Origin: Gemmatales bacterium
GTDB taxonomy: Bacteria > Planctomycetota > Planctomycetia > Gemmatales > HRBIN36
Assembly: GCA_041640595.1 (NCBI GenBank)
Contig: JBEPZY010000001.1
Location: 480,001 to 544,000 of the forward strand
Reading direction: 5' to 3'
DNA length: 64,000 nucleotides
Part shown: piece by piece, positions 19,949 to 29,163 of the stretch
Numbering within the stretch: the first letter of the stretch is position 1
How the letters are laid out: each line of letters begins with the position of its first letter
Notes under the pieces: generated by a model
The model's input: only the letters and a program-made list of their open reading frames with translations
Database searches by the model: none
What the model was told of the DNA's origin: nothing
Translations under genes and position numbers: made by a program

Positions 19949-21526
19949 TCACTCCTGCACGCGGACCTCGGTGGCACTTTCGCGGTGATTCTGGGAATTC
20001 TGACTAATCGGGCGAAACTTCGCAGTCAGACTTTCCCAGTCGAGCACCAAAGTGCCACCGGTCTTATTATGTTGTTTTTCCCAGTTCGTGAGCAACTCAA
20101 AGCAAGCGTGGTCTATATAGGTCAGTCCCTCTAAATGGATGTGCAACTCGTAATCACCAGGTACCTGGCGCAATACTTCCGCCAATTTAGGTAACCGAAT
20201 AAACGTGGCGGCGCCTGACAGATAAAGATTCGCCAGCCGCCTATTTACGTCCAAATTGAGACGGATGTCAAGCTGCGAGAATATGTATAGGAGGCGAATT
20301 ATAGCCAGCACTATACCTGTTATGATCCCCGTGAGCAGGTCTATAACAACCACGGTGCCTAAGGTGGCTACGTAAACTAAGAATTCACCCTTGCCGAGGT
20401 TCCAGAAGGTTGCGAAATTGCGCCATTTGAAAAGCTTCGCACCAGTATAAACCAGAATAGCAGCCAAGGCAGCTATGGGTACTAACCGAAGAACTTGCGG
20501 AAACATGGCACAGAACAACAGTAACCAGACGCCATGTAAGATTGTCGCCAGGCGTGTTTGTGCACCGGCTTGGATATTAGTGGCAGTGCGAACAATAACA
20601 CCTGTCATCGGCAATAACTGGAAAATACCGTTGATGGAATTACCAATTCCTTGCGCTAGAAGCTCGCGGTCATAGTTTGTGCGTGGAGCGTGTTGCTGCA
20701 TCGTGTCTGCAGCGGTAGCGGTGAGTAAAGTTTCCGCACTCGCCACGAACGCCAGGGCTAAACCTGCCAGCAGTAACGGCAGGCCCATTTGCGACCAATC
20801 TATGTTGAAGGAAATAAGACCGGCTGCTTCCAGGATATTGTCCGGCATTTGCACATAATTCACCGAAGCGCCCATCAGGGCTGCCAAAGTCGCGCCGAAA
20901 ATGACACCCACAAGCGGTCCAGGAATAAATCGAATTCGTTGAGGAGCCAGGTTCACCCAGAGCGTGATAACCAGGATGGTGGCCAGTCCGACCAACGCCG
21001 CTGAACGGTGCTCCGGCATAGTGATGCCCTTATACACGGCCTCAGGAATGGTGACCAAGTTGATGACACCGCCGAATTCCTTGCCGGTACCCGGCGGTGT
21101 ATCATCTACCATGATGTGAAATTGCGAGGCGAAAATCAGCACACCGATGCCGGCCAGCATTCCTTCGATCACCGAAGGCGGAACGGCGCGAAACCATTGC
21201 CCTAAACGCAACAGACCCGCCAGCAATTGTATGGTACCTGCCACCAGGACGATGATGGCTAGCTGATCCCAGCCGAAACGTTCAATAAACTGGCTGACCA
21301 TCACGGCTAAACCAGCCGCCGGACCGGTGACCTGTAGCGGGCACCCAGCAAGAATGCCGACCAGAATACCGCCTACGATAGCCGTCAGAATGCCTACTCC
21401 CGCGGCTTTCTCCATTGGAACCCCCGAGGCGATGGCGATGCCCATCGAAAGAGGCACAGCCACCAGAAACACTACGATGGAAGCCAGGAAGTCCTGAATC
21501 AACCAGTGTCGTTTGTCTGTGCTCAT
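19949..21526 (-). CDS. SulP/SLC26 anion (probably bicarbonate) transporter
   Basis: DFLASIVVFLVAVPLSMGIAIASG, GPAAGL, ELLAQGIGN and PMTGVIVRT; STAS-like tail; AAGGAGAG RBS. Confidence 0.93.
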   Translation of the reverse strand: MSTDKRHWLIQDFLASIVVFLVAVPLSMGIAIASGVPMEKAAGVGILTAIVGGILVGILAGCPLQVTGPAAGLAVMVSQFIERFGWDQLAIIVLVAGTIQLLAGLLRLGQWFRAVPPSVIEGMLAGIGVLIFASQFHIMVDDTPPGTGKEFGGVINLVTIPEAVYKGITMPEHRSAALVGLATILVITLWVNLAPQRIRFIPGPLVGVIFGATLAALMGASVNYVQMPDNILEAAGLISFNIDWSQMGLPLLLAGLALAFVASAETLLTATAADTMQQHAPRTNYDRELLAQGIGNSINGIFQLLPMTGVIVRTATNIQAGAQTRLATILHGVWLLLFCAMFPQVLRLVPIAALAAILVYTGAKLFKWRNFATFWNLGKGEFLVYVATLGTVVVIDLLTGIITGIVLAIIRLLYIFSQLDIRLNLDVNRRLANLYLSGAATFIRLPKLAEVLRQVPGDYELHIHLEGLTYIDHACFELLTNWEKQHNKTGGTLVLDWESLTAKFRPISQNSQNHRESATEVRVQE

Positions 21527-21602
21527 ATAGGCTCTCCTTGTCCATTTCCGAAGGCGAAATCGCCAGAGCAACGGCATGTAGCTTACCCGTATCGGGTGCA
21601 AG

Positions 21603-22283
21603 TCATGGTGTCGCCAGATGCAGCGGCCACTGGAAAGAAAGCGGTTGTAAACCGACTTCGTGCAAGGGCATAAACTGGGCGCGATCCTGACAATAGACGT
21701 GGATTTGGCCGGTCTCAATGGAGTAGAGCCAGGCGTGCAAGCGAGCTGTGCCATTCTCGACTGCGGCAGCCACAGCGGGGTGGGTCAGCAAATTGTCCAC
21801 CTGGACGAGCACGTTCAGTCGCACGGCCAGCTCGAGCGGGTCTTTCGCGGTACTTGCGTCAGGATGAGCCTGAGCTAGCGTGGCCACTCGTAAATTGGGC
21901 TCCAGGGAGCGACACAACGCCGGCAACTGGGAACGCATTTGCTCAAAGTTGAGCATAGCGCGCACAGCCCCGCACTGAGTGTGTCCCATGACAACGATGT
22001 CTTGCACTTTCAAGCCGAGCACTGCAAATTCGATAGTTCCTGCTTCCGCAGACGCCGACTGGCCAAACGCAGGCACGATGTTGCCGGCGTTGCGCAACAC
22101 AAAGAGGTCTCCTGGCTCGGCGTGGAAAATCAAGCCAGGTTCGATTCGTGAATCGGCGCAGGTGATGAGCATCACCTGCGGCTGCTGACCCTTGGCGAGT
22201 TCGGCCAACTGTTCCCGATGACCGGGACAATAATGTTCGCAAAAGTGTTTGTATCCATTCAGCAATTGGTGCAATGCTTTCAT
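21603..22283 (-). CDS. Beta-class carbonic anhydrase
   Basis: CADSR, LFVLRNAGN and GHTQCGAV zinc-ligand motifs; GGGAGG RBS before ATG 22283. Confidence 0.95.
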   Translation of the reverse strand: MKALHQLLNGYKHFCEHYCPGHREQLAELAKGQQPQVMLITCADSRIEPGLIFHAEPGDLFVLRNAGNIVPAFGQSASAEAGTIEFAVLGLKVQDIVVMGHTQCGAVRAMLNFEQMRSQLPALCRSLEPNLRVATLAQAHPDASTAKDPLELAVRLNVLVQVDNLLTHPAVAAAVENGTARLHAWLYSIETGQIHVYCQDRAQFMPLHEVGLQPLSFQWPLHLATP

Positions 22284-22375
22284 GGTAGGCCTCCCGTTTT
22301 TCGCGCGCAAAGCGCGGGGTCCGCAATTGCTGCCCGGGACTGCAGGGTTGCAACGCGATAAAACGCAGACGGCAA

Positions 22376-22765
22376 TTAGCAGCGCAACGGTGGCAAACGA
22401 AGATGCAGACTGAGGGGTAACTGCGTATAGCTCCACAAAAGTGCACGAAGCTCGGCAGGGAGCCTCGATGTTACACAGACCCGCAGCGATTTGGCAATCA
22501 GTTCCTGCGAATACTGGCGGTGAACCGCGCGACGCCAGCAAGTCCCACAATGGCCAGTCAACCCGAACTCATTGCAGAAAGGAGCTTCCCGCGAAGAACA
22601 CTCGGAGTTTTCACGCTCCGCTTCACCCTGAAGTTGCAATAGAGCCAGCGCGGGCTGGACAGGCAGAAAGCCCTGCGCCAGCGTTAGTATTGCCAGAACA
22701 CCGCAAAGCACAGCTTGGTAGCAGCGCGGAAGCGAGTAGCGGATGCTAAGTTGACTGGACCTCAT
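22376..22765 (-). CDS. Small exported CxxC protein, candidate DUF2946-like regulatory upstream ORF
   Basis: Hydrophobic signal ending ALA, HCGTC, C-terminal RLPPLRC; TATTAT 5 nt before the ATG; co-oriented directly upstream of carbonic anhydrase. Confidence 0.5.
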   Translation of the reverse strand: MRSSQLSIRYSLPRCYQAVLCGVLAILTLAQGFLPVQPALALLQLQGEAERENSECSSREAPFCNEFGLTGHCGTCWRRAVHRQYSQELIAKSLRVCVTSRLPAELRALLWSYTQLPLSLHLRLPPLRC

Positions 22766-23102
22766 GATTGATAATAGGTTGGCGGCGAGTTACTGTGCCT
22801 GGCTCCCAGCGCTTTGTTAGGTTCGAGTAATGCGAAAGGAAGCTGTGCCACTAATTACTAGGGGATAAGACTCGCCATGTCAAGTCGAAAACCCCGCGTT
22901 ATTCCCTTGAGTCGCCTGGAAAGATAGGAGCTCGGCTTCGTGGAATGTGAGTCGGGCTTGACAGATCAGCCGGACTTGTGGCACAAACCGACATTGGTGT
23001 GCCCGAACCACGCGCGGAAAATCCGACTTTTGAGCAGCCAGAGAACCGTGCATAGGCCGGCAGGGCAGAGATGATCCTGGCCCTATTCGACGTTGCGAAC
23101 CC

Positions 23103-25697
23103 ATGACATCTGACGAGCCAATTTTGCAAGGCGAAAAAGAGAGCCGGCAATCCCAGCCCGTGCAGGCGACGGTGGCGCAACTCCTGTTGTCCAGTTCAGC
23201 AGGCGCGAGCGAAAACACCAGTGTCGAAGGTTCGGATAGGTGCGGCTGGGGTCGGCGGTGGCAAATCCCGGTCTTCCTGGCCGGTGTGTTAGCTGCTCTG
23301 CTCACCTTATGGTGGCAACCGTGGCGAACTGAACGGGCTCGCGCCGATTGGCAAGCAATCACACTGCAAGCAATGGCTGCCGAAGAGGCCGGCGATTACA
23401 CAACGGCTCGTCAGCTAGCGGAGCGTGTATTAGAAGGACCGGCCCCAGCCCGTTTGCAAGCGATGGCAGCATTAGTGCTGGCCGGTTGTTGGCTGGCGGA
23501 CGCCGACGCGATTCTGGCCAACGCTCCCAATGCCTTAACGACAGGGTCGGTTGCGACAAAACCTACCGTAGTTCCTGCGGAATTGCTCGAGCAAATCGAA
23601 TCGGCACTGGAGCGGGCGGAGCGATTGGGCCTGCCACGCGATTGGCAGCCGCGCTGGGCTTACCGTAAACTCTGGTCTCAGGTCTTGCGCGGTCAGGCTC
23701 CGGCAGACTGGCCGCAACGAATTTACCAGTTGTTAGACGAAAATCCTTCCGAGCGCTCGCTGGGCTACGAACGATTGGTGCGTTACTATCTGCAACAGTT
23801 GGCTGTACAGTCGCAGCATAAAGCTCAGGAAGTTTCAGCAAACTGGCAGGCTGCTCTGGAAGCGAGTCAGAGGTTGTTATTGCAACCGCAAGTACGCGAT
23901 GTTCAAGCGGCACGGTTACGCCATGCTCAAATCCTCATACAACTGCAACGCTTCAGTGAAGCTCGGGAGGTTCTGGCACGTATCCCGGCTCTTGACCCGC
24001 TTTATCCCGAAGCTTTGCACCTGTCGGCAAAAGCCTGGATGGAAGAAAGCCGTTACGAGGAGGCCGTTCAGACGTGGAATCGGCTTTTACAGGTGGTTCC
24101 CGAAACCTGGCCCCATTTGCCGCAGGCGCTGTTGTGGTTGGGGAAATGCTATGCTGACGGACTGAATCAGTTAGCGGAGGCCGAAAATGTCTGGCAACGT
24201 TTGCTCAGCACTCAAGCACAGGCCACAGCGGAATGTCAGGTGGCACAGTTGCGGTTAGCGATGCTGCGACAGGTACGCGGCCAGGATTCAGAAGCACTCC
24301 GACTGGTGCAAAGTGCTCTGCAAACTGGCATTCTCAACAATCCCTATATTTCTGTCGGGCAACTGGAAGAGTGGTTGCAACAGTTGTGGCAGCACTGGAT
24401 GGAGGCCGGACACTACGAACTGGCCCGCGACCTGGCGCGAACCTGGCAGGAAGCGGTTGGCAAAAGGCCACGGGCCAATCTAGCCCTGAGCCGCGCCTTA
24501 TGGCATTGGGCTGACCGTTTCTGGCAGCGTCAGCAAGATGGGGAGGAGTTGAGCGCTGAACAGCAGCAAGTCATGCAAGCGGCCTTTCGCGAAGCAGGAG
24601 AGATGTTTGAACAAACTGCCCGAATCAGTGAGCTGACCGACGACGACCACCAACCCGCGCCTCAGGAAAAAATCATGTTGCTCCAGCAAGCAGCCGTTTC
24701 CTTCCAGCGAGCCCAGGACTATCCGAGAGCGATTCGTTTGCTCGAGCAAGCCCTGAGCGAGATGGATAAACTGGGCACAGGTAAACCCGAACAATGGAAC
24801 AGCCTCGATCACGACGCCCTGCGGCAACAGATGCTGGTAACTCTCGGCGAGTGCTGGCAGCAGTTGAAGCTAGCCCAGAAGGCAGTCGAGGCGTTGCAGA
24901 AGGCCCTGGTTCTGCAAGGCCCCGATCGCATCCGCGGCTATTATCAGCTGGCCCTGGCATGGATGGACCTGGGCAAGTTGGACGAAGCGGAGAATGCCTT
25001 GCGGGAAATCCTCGCCGTGCCGGTGAGCGGCAACGAACCGCCTGAATATCGCCGGGCTTTATCTGCCCTTGGACACATTCACTATCGCCGCGAGCAGTAC
25101 GAAACCGCTGCCGAGTATCTCGAAAAAGCCATCAGTCGCTACCGTCCGGACGCTCCCCAAAGCTATTCGTTGCGTTACTGGTTAGGAGAATGCTACCGTT
25201 TGGCGGGCAAACAGGAAGATCGCAAAGCCGTCGCTGCGGACACCGAAACCAGGCGGCAGTTCCACCGCCAGCAAAAACGAAAGCACCTCAGCCGCGCTGC
25301 TGAGGTATTTGACGCTTTGGCGCAAAGTCTGCTGGTACGGGAAAAAAAGCAGCCCCTTTCCAGCGAACTGGCCGTGCTGGTGCGAGAAAGTCGCTTTGCC
25401 CTGGCGGACTGCTATTTTCATCTCGGCGAATATGAAAAAGCGGCAGCGGTGTATGAAACCCTGGGACGAGAATACGAGCAGCAGCTGGCAGGCTTACGAG
25501 CATGGTTCGAGGCGAGGCGAGCTTACCTGGCTGCCCAGCGTTTCGACGATGCCCTGCGAGCAGTGGATCAGGCTCAGCGTGTCCTTGAGCGATTGCGCGA
25601 CGAAGACCTGGTTCCTACTCGCATGACCCGTCAACAGTGGCAGCAGTACCTCGAGGATGCACGTCAGAATAGCAGATTGCCCGATTTGAAACCGTAA
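23103..25697 (+). CDS. Membrane-anchored tetratricopeptide-repeat protein
   Basis: One TM (WQIPVFLAGVLAALLTLWW) followed by many TPR-like units (ALLWLGKCY, ALSALGHIHY, RYWLGECY, FALADCYF). Confidence 0.85.
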   Translation: MTSDEPILQGEKESRQSQPVQATVAQLLLSSSAGASENTSVEGSDRCGWGRRWQIPVFLAGVLAALLTLWWQPWRTERARADWQAITLQAMAAEEAGDYTTARQLAERVLEGPAPARLQAMAALVLAGCWLADADAILANAPNALTTGSVATKPTVVPAELLEQIESALERAERLGLPRDWQPRWAYRKLWSQVLRGQAPADWPQRIYQLLDENPSERSLGYERLVRYYLQQLAVQSQHKAQEVSANWQAALEASQRLLLQPQVRDVQAARLRHAQILIQLQRFSEAREVLARIPALDPLYPEALHLSAKAWMEESRYEEAVQTWNRLLQVVPETWPHLPQALLWLGKCYADGLNQLAEAENVWQRLLSTQAQATAECQVAQLRLAMLRQVRGQDSEALRLVQSALQTGILNNPYISVGQLEEWLQQLWQHWMEAGHYELARDLARTWQEAVGKRPRANLALSRALWHWADRFWQRQQDGEELSAEQQQVMQAAFREAGEMFEQTARISELTDDDHQPAPQEKIMLLQQAAVSFQRAQDYPRAIRLLEQALSEMDKLGTGKPEQWNSLDHDALRQQMLVTLGECWQQLKLAQKAVEALQKALVLQGPDRIRGYYQLALAWMDLGKLDEAENALREILAVPVSGNEPPEYRRALSALGHIHYRREQYETAAEYLEKAISRYRPDAPQSYSLRYWLGECYRLAGKQEDRKAVAADTETRRQFHRQQKRKHLSRAAEVFDALAQSLLVREKKQPLSSELAVLVRESRFALADCYFHLGEYEKAAAVYETLGREYEQQLAGLRAWFEARRAYLAAQRFDDALRAVDQAQRVLERLRDEDLVPTRMTRQQWQQYLEDARQNSRLPDLKP

Positions 25698-25895
25698 TCT
25701 ATGGGCAACGCTTGGCGGCGTTTCGGTCATTTTGGCCACTGGCTCCTGGTTCAAACTGCCTGGGGCCGATGATGCGGTCTCTCCCCGCATTGATGCCCGA
25801 AGCAGCTTTGATTACGGACATGCGCGGGAACACTGCTCCGTCGTTCACGTCTGGGGCTGATTTCGCTTATAGTATTCAGCAAAAAGGCGAGCTTG

Positions 25896-26837
25896 ATGGC
25901 TGACGAGCTGGAGACAGTTGCCCGGATGCAACCAGACGCAGTGCCCGCACATAGCTGCCAAATAACTAGCGAACAAGGGCACCGGAACTCATCGCCCGGA
26001 GCGATCCGGCAAGTGAGAACCGCGTGCGCTGACCACGGACTGAGTGAAAGCGTGAACGCCTCCGCAGACGCTGAGCAAACCACTGCCGAAGCTCCACCGC
26101 CACTTGTGCGCATTATCGAAGCCTTGTGTTTCGTCGAAGGCAGGCCCGTTACCGCTCACCGAGCGGGAGAGGTTATTGCCGGTTTGACGGAGGAACAATT
26201 TCACCAGGCGGTGGCAGAATTGCAAAAGCGTTATCGCGAGCAGGGCCGTCCTTATGCTTTTGTGCGACAGGGCGAAGGTTACCTGCTTACCATACGGCCG
26301 CAGTACCGGTATCTGATAGAGCGTCTTTACGGGCAGAAGAAAGAAGCGGTTTTATCGCTAGCGGCCATCGAAGTGCTGGCGATTATCGCCTATCGGCAGC
26401 CAGTCACCCGCAGTACCATCGAAGCACTGCGCGGGCGCGATAGCACTGCGGCACTGCGGCAATTGTTGCGGCGTGGCCTGATAGCCGTGCAACCTGCCAG
26501 CGTAAGCGCATCCGCTGCCAACACCATGACACCAGTTGCCGGAGCTTTGCCGAACAGCGAGTCGGATGGCGAAGCAGCAAATAGCCAACCTTTGCAGGCG
26601 ACTTCGTCACCGAACACATCGCAAGCAATTGCCCAGTCGGTGGCCGATAGCGGTGATGGTAAGCAGGGCGATGATCCGGTGCCGGCAGGAAGACGAAACC
26701 AGGCGGCAGAGAAGGTGGGAGAATCCCCCAGAAACAGGCGAGAACAATGCTACGTTACAACGCGGCGATTCCTGGAAGTTTTTGGCCTGCGTGATCTCAG
26801 CGACCTGCCACGCACCGATGATTTACAGATTCTGTAA
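25896..26837 (+). CDS. scpB: SMC-Scp complex subunit ScpB
   Basis: IIEALCF, LSLAAIEVLAIIAYRQPVTRSTIEALRG and YVTTRRFLEVFGL.DLSDLP; start codon uncertain. Confidence 0.92.
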   Translation: MADELETVARMQPDAVPAHSCQITSEQGHRNSSPGAIRQVRTACADHGLSESVNASADAEQTTAEAPPPLVRIIEALCFVEGRPVTAHRAGEVIAGLTEEQFHQAVAELQKRYREQGRPYAFVRQGEGYLLTIRPQYRYLIERLYGQKKEAVLSLAAIEVLAIIAYRQPVTRSTIEALRGRDSTAALRQLLRRGLIAVQPASVSASAANTMTPVAGALPNSESDGEAANSQPLQATSSPNTSQAIAQSVADSGDGKQGDDPVPAGRRNQAAEKVGESPRNRREQCYVTTRRFLEVFGLRDLSDLPRTDDLQIL

Positions 26838-26942
26838 TCGGCCAGCCGCCGGCAGGTACGCAGCTTGCGATTGAACTGTACGCGAAGCGGTTGCAGCGTA
26901 GAATATGGCAACTGCCTGGCTGTCGGGATGGTTTGCGATGAT

Positions 26943-27014
26943 GCCGGCGTAGCTCAACGGCAGAGCACCGCTTTCGTAAAGCGGGGGTTGTGGGTTCAAA
27001 TCCCACCGCCGGCT
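26943..27014 (+). tRNA. tRNA-Thr(CGT)
   Basis: GCCGGCG/CGCCGGC acceptor stem, AGCTCAACGGCAGAGC D-arm, CCGCT-TTCGTAA-AGCGG anticodon arm, GTTCAAATC T-loop; CCA not encoded. Confidence 0.97.
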
Positions 27015-27319
27015 CTTTGCTGCAAAAGTATATCGCAGTTGCTTGCGTCTGAGCATTGTCTTGGTGCAGCTTGTTGCCCGGTGGATTGTTTTCACGCTGC
27101 GGTTTGACGCTGGCAGCGCCAGTCGGGCAGTTCGCAGCTCTACCTCTACTTTCTGCCGGATGATGAACGAAGGCGTTATGCAGGTTTGTACAGGAGAATT
27201 GCGTGCGGCGGACGCTGCTAAGGAAACCTGGTTTCGCAGTTATTCCATACCCGGCGAAGCTCGCTACAATGTGATGCGAGAAAAAGTCGCAAAACGGATT
27301 ACCAGCGATGAGGGACGGC

Positions 27320-28249
27320 ATGAAACTGGGCAAGAGCACACGGGAGGCATTTGGTTTGGCTTTAGCTGAGCTCGGCGAGCGTGATCCTGACGTCGTTGTT
27401 CTGGATGGCGATGTGCACAATTCGACACGCACCGAACATTTCGCGCGGCGGTTTCCGGAGCGGTTTTTCAACGTTGGCATTGCGGAATCGAATCTGGTAA
27501 GCGTGGCCAGCGGTTTGGCAGCCAGTGGTAAGCGGCCCTGGCTGGCAAGTTTCGCCTGCTTCGTGATGTGCAACGCTTTTGACCAGTTGCGCATGTCGGT
27601 GGCGTTCCCGGCTCTGGATGTCAAGGTAGTCGGTAGCCATGCTGGAATTTCCATCGGCGAGGACGGTCCGTCGCAGATGGGTATCGAAGACGTGGCGTTG
27701 GCGTGCGTTTTGCCAAACTTTACCGTCGTGGTTCCAGCCGATGAACACAGCACCCGTCAGGCGGTTTTTGCACTGGCACAAGAGCGAGGCCCGGCTTACC
27801 TGCGCGTGGGCCGACCTAATGTTCCGATTGTTTACCCGGAAAATCCTCCGTTTCGCCTGGGCAAAGCGAATTTGCTCCGCGATGGCCAGGACGCAACGAT
27901 CATCGCCAATGGTCTCATGGTAGCGGCAGCGTTGCAGGCGGCGGAAGAGCTAGCTCAGCAGGGCATTCGGACGCGGGTGCTCGACATGCATACGGTCAAG
28001 CCAATTGATCACGAGGCCATCGTGCAGGCAGCACGACAGACCGGTCGCATTGTCGTGGCGGAGGAACATCTCAAACACGGTGGCCTGGGGAGTGCAGTAG
28101 CGCAGGTCGTTGTGGAACATTGCCCGGTACCGATGCGGTTTGTGGCTCTGAACGATACCTACGCCGAATCGGGTTCGCCGGAAGATTTACTGCGCAAGTA
28201 TGGACTGACCGCGGCGGACATAGTGCGGGCGGTTCGCAACCTCCTGTGA
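27320..28249 (+). CDS. Transketolase, C-terminal (pyrimidine-binding + C) subunit
   Basis: TREAFG, FNVGIAE, GEDGPSQ, YLRVGR, TVKPID and EEH...GGLG motifs. Confidence 0.93.
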   Translation: MKLGKSTREAFGLALAELGERDPDVVVLDGDVHNSTRTEHFARRFPERFFNVGIAESNLVSVASGLAASGKRPWLASFACFVMCNAFDQLRMSVAFPALDVKVVGSHAGISIGEDGPSQMGIEDVALACVLPNFTVVVPADEHSTRQAVFALAQERGPAYLRVGRPNVPIVYPENPPFRLGKANLLRDGQDATIIANGLMVAAALQAAEELAQQGIRTRVLDMHTVKPIDHEAIVQAARQTGRIVVAEEHLKHGGLGSAVAQVVVEHCPVPMRFVALNDTYAESGSPEDLLRKYGLTAADIVRAVRNLL

Positions 28250-28344
28250 TTCGGACGGGGAAACTCGCTGCCTAAAATGATGTTGGACACAGCAGGCATT
28301 GCCCTGTGGAACTCGTGCTGGCCTGACCCCTACCGGTAAGAGCA

Positions 28345-29163
28345 ATGGACTGGCACCGTGTCAATGTGGTTTGCTTTAGTGCAAGCTACGGCGTGGCCTG
28401 GCTGGCGGAACTCTTACGTTTATGGAAGCCGGACTGGAAACCTTTGCGACTGATCGCCATAACTTTCATGGCAGCGGGGCTGCTGGCACATTCGCTTTAC
28501 CTCGCGGTGCGCTGGTCACCCCCGCCTGGAGAAGCCCGCTCGTTGTTGTGGCTGGGCTGGATAGTTGCCTTTCTGGGTTTGTATGGTGCAGTGCATTACC
28601 GGCGGATTGCGTGGGCCCTTTTTGTGTTGCCTGTGGTGCTGGGTTTGATCGGATTAGCCAGCGGTTTCGCCGGCGGTCAGGGTCTTCCGGAAATGTTTGG
28701 GCCGCTGGATAGCTGGCTGGTTACTGCTCACGTGGCGCTGCTGGTGCTGGGCGGGGTAGGGGTGTGTGTCAGTTTCATCGCCAGCCTGATGTATCTGGTG
28801 CAATCGTGGCGGTTGCGGCACAAGCAGCCTCTGGACGATCGGTTGCGGCTGTTGAGTCTGGAGCGGTTGGAAGCGATGATTCGGCACGGAGTCGCCTGGG
28901 CCTTTCCTCTGTGGACTGCCGGCGTGGTGATGGGGCTGATCTTGCTGATACCCCGGCAGCATTGGAGTTGGGTGGACCCCAAGGTGCTCAGCGGGCTGTT
29001 GTTGGTAGCGGTGTTCGTGCTGCTTCTGGACCTGCGTTATCGCAAACATGAGCGTGGCCGGAGATTTGCATGGGGAGCCATTTTGGCGTTCGTGTTGTTG
29101 TTACTGGCCCTGAGCATCGAGACGTTCGCTCCTAGCTGGCATCGGTTTGGAGGAGGCTCATGA
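28345..29163 (+). CDS. ccsA: Cytochrome c assembly protein (CcsA/HemX family)
   Basis: Multi-TM protein with conserved His, SLERLE and WSWVDPKV; overlaps hemA start. Confidence 0.82.
   Translation: MDWHRVNVVCFSASYGVAWLAELLRLWKPDWKPLRLIAITFMAAGLLAHSLYLAVRWSPPPGEARSLLWLGWIVAFLGLYGAVHYRRIAWALFVLPVVLGLIGLASGFAGGQGLPEMFGPLDSWLVTAHVALLVLGGVGVCVSFIASLMYLVQSWRLRHKQPLDDRLRLLSLERLEAMIRHGVAWAFPLWTAGVVMGLILLIPRQHWSWVDPKVLSGLLLVAVFVLLLDLRYRKHERGRRFAWGAILAFVLLLLALSIETFAPSWHRFGGGS

Noticed and set aside
26943..27320. tRNA-Thr as an integration site for an island
   Set aside because: No integrase and no duplicated tRNA 3' end noticed; flanking genes are housekeeping
26797..27753. 318-aa minus-strand ORF spanning the tRNA and transketolase
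   Set aside because: Antisense shadow; it contains the translated tRNA complement (AVGFEPTTPALRKRCS) and has no protein motifs
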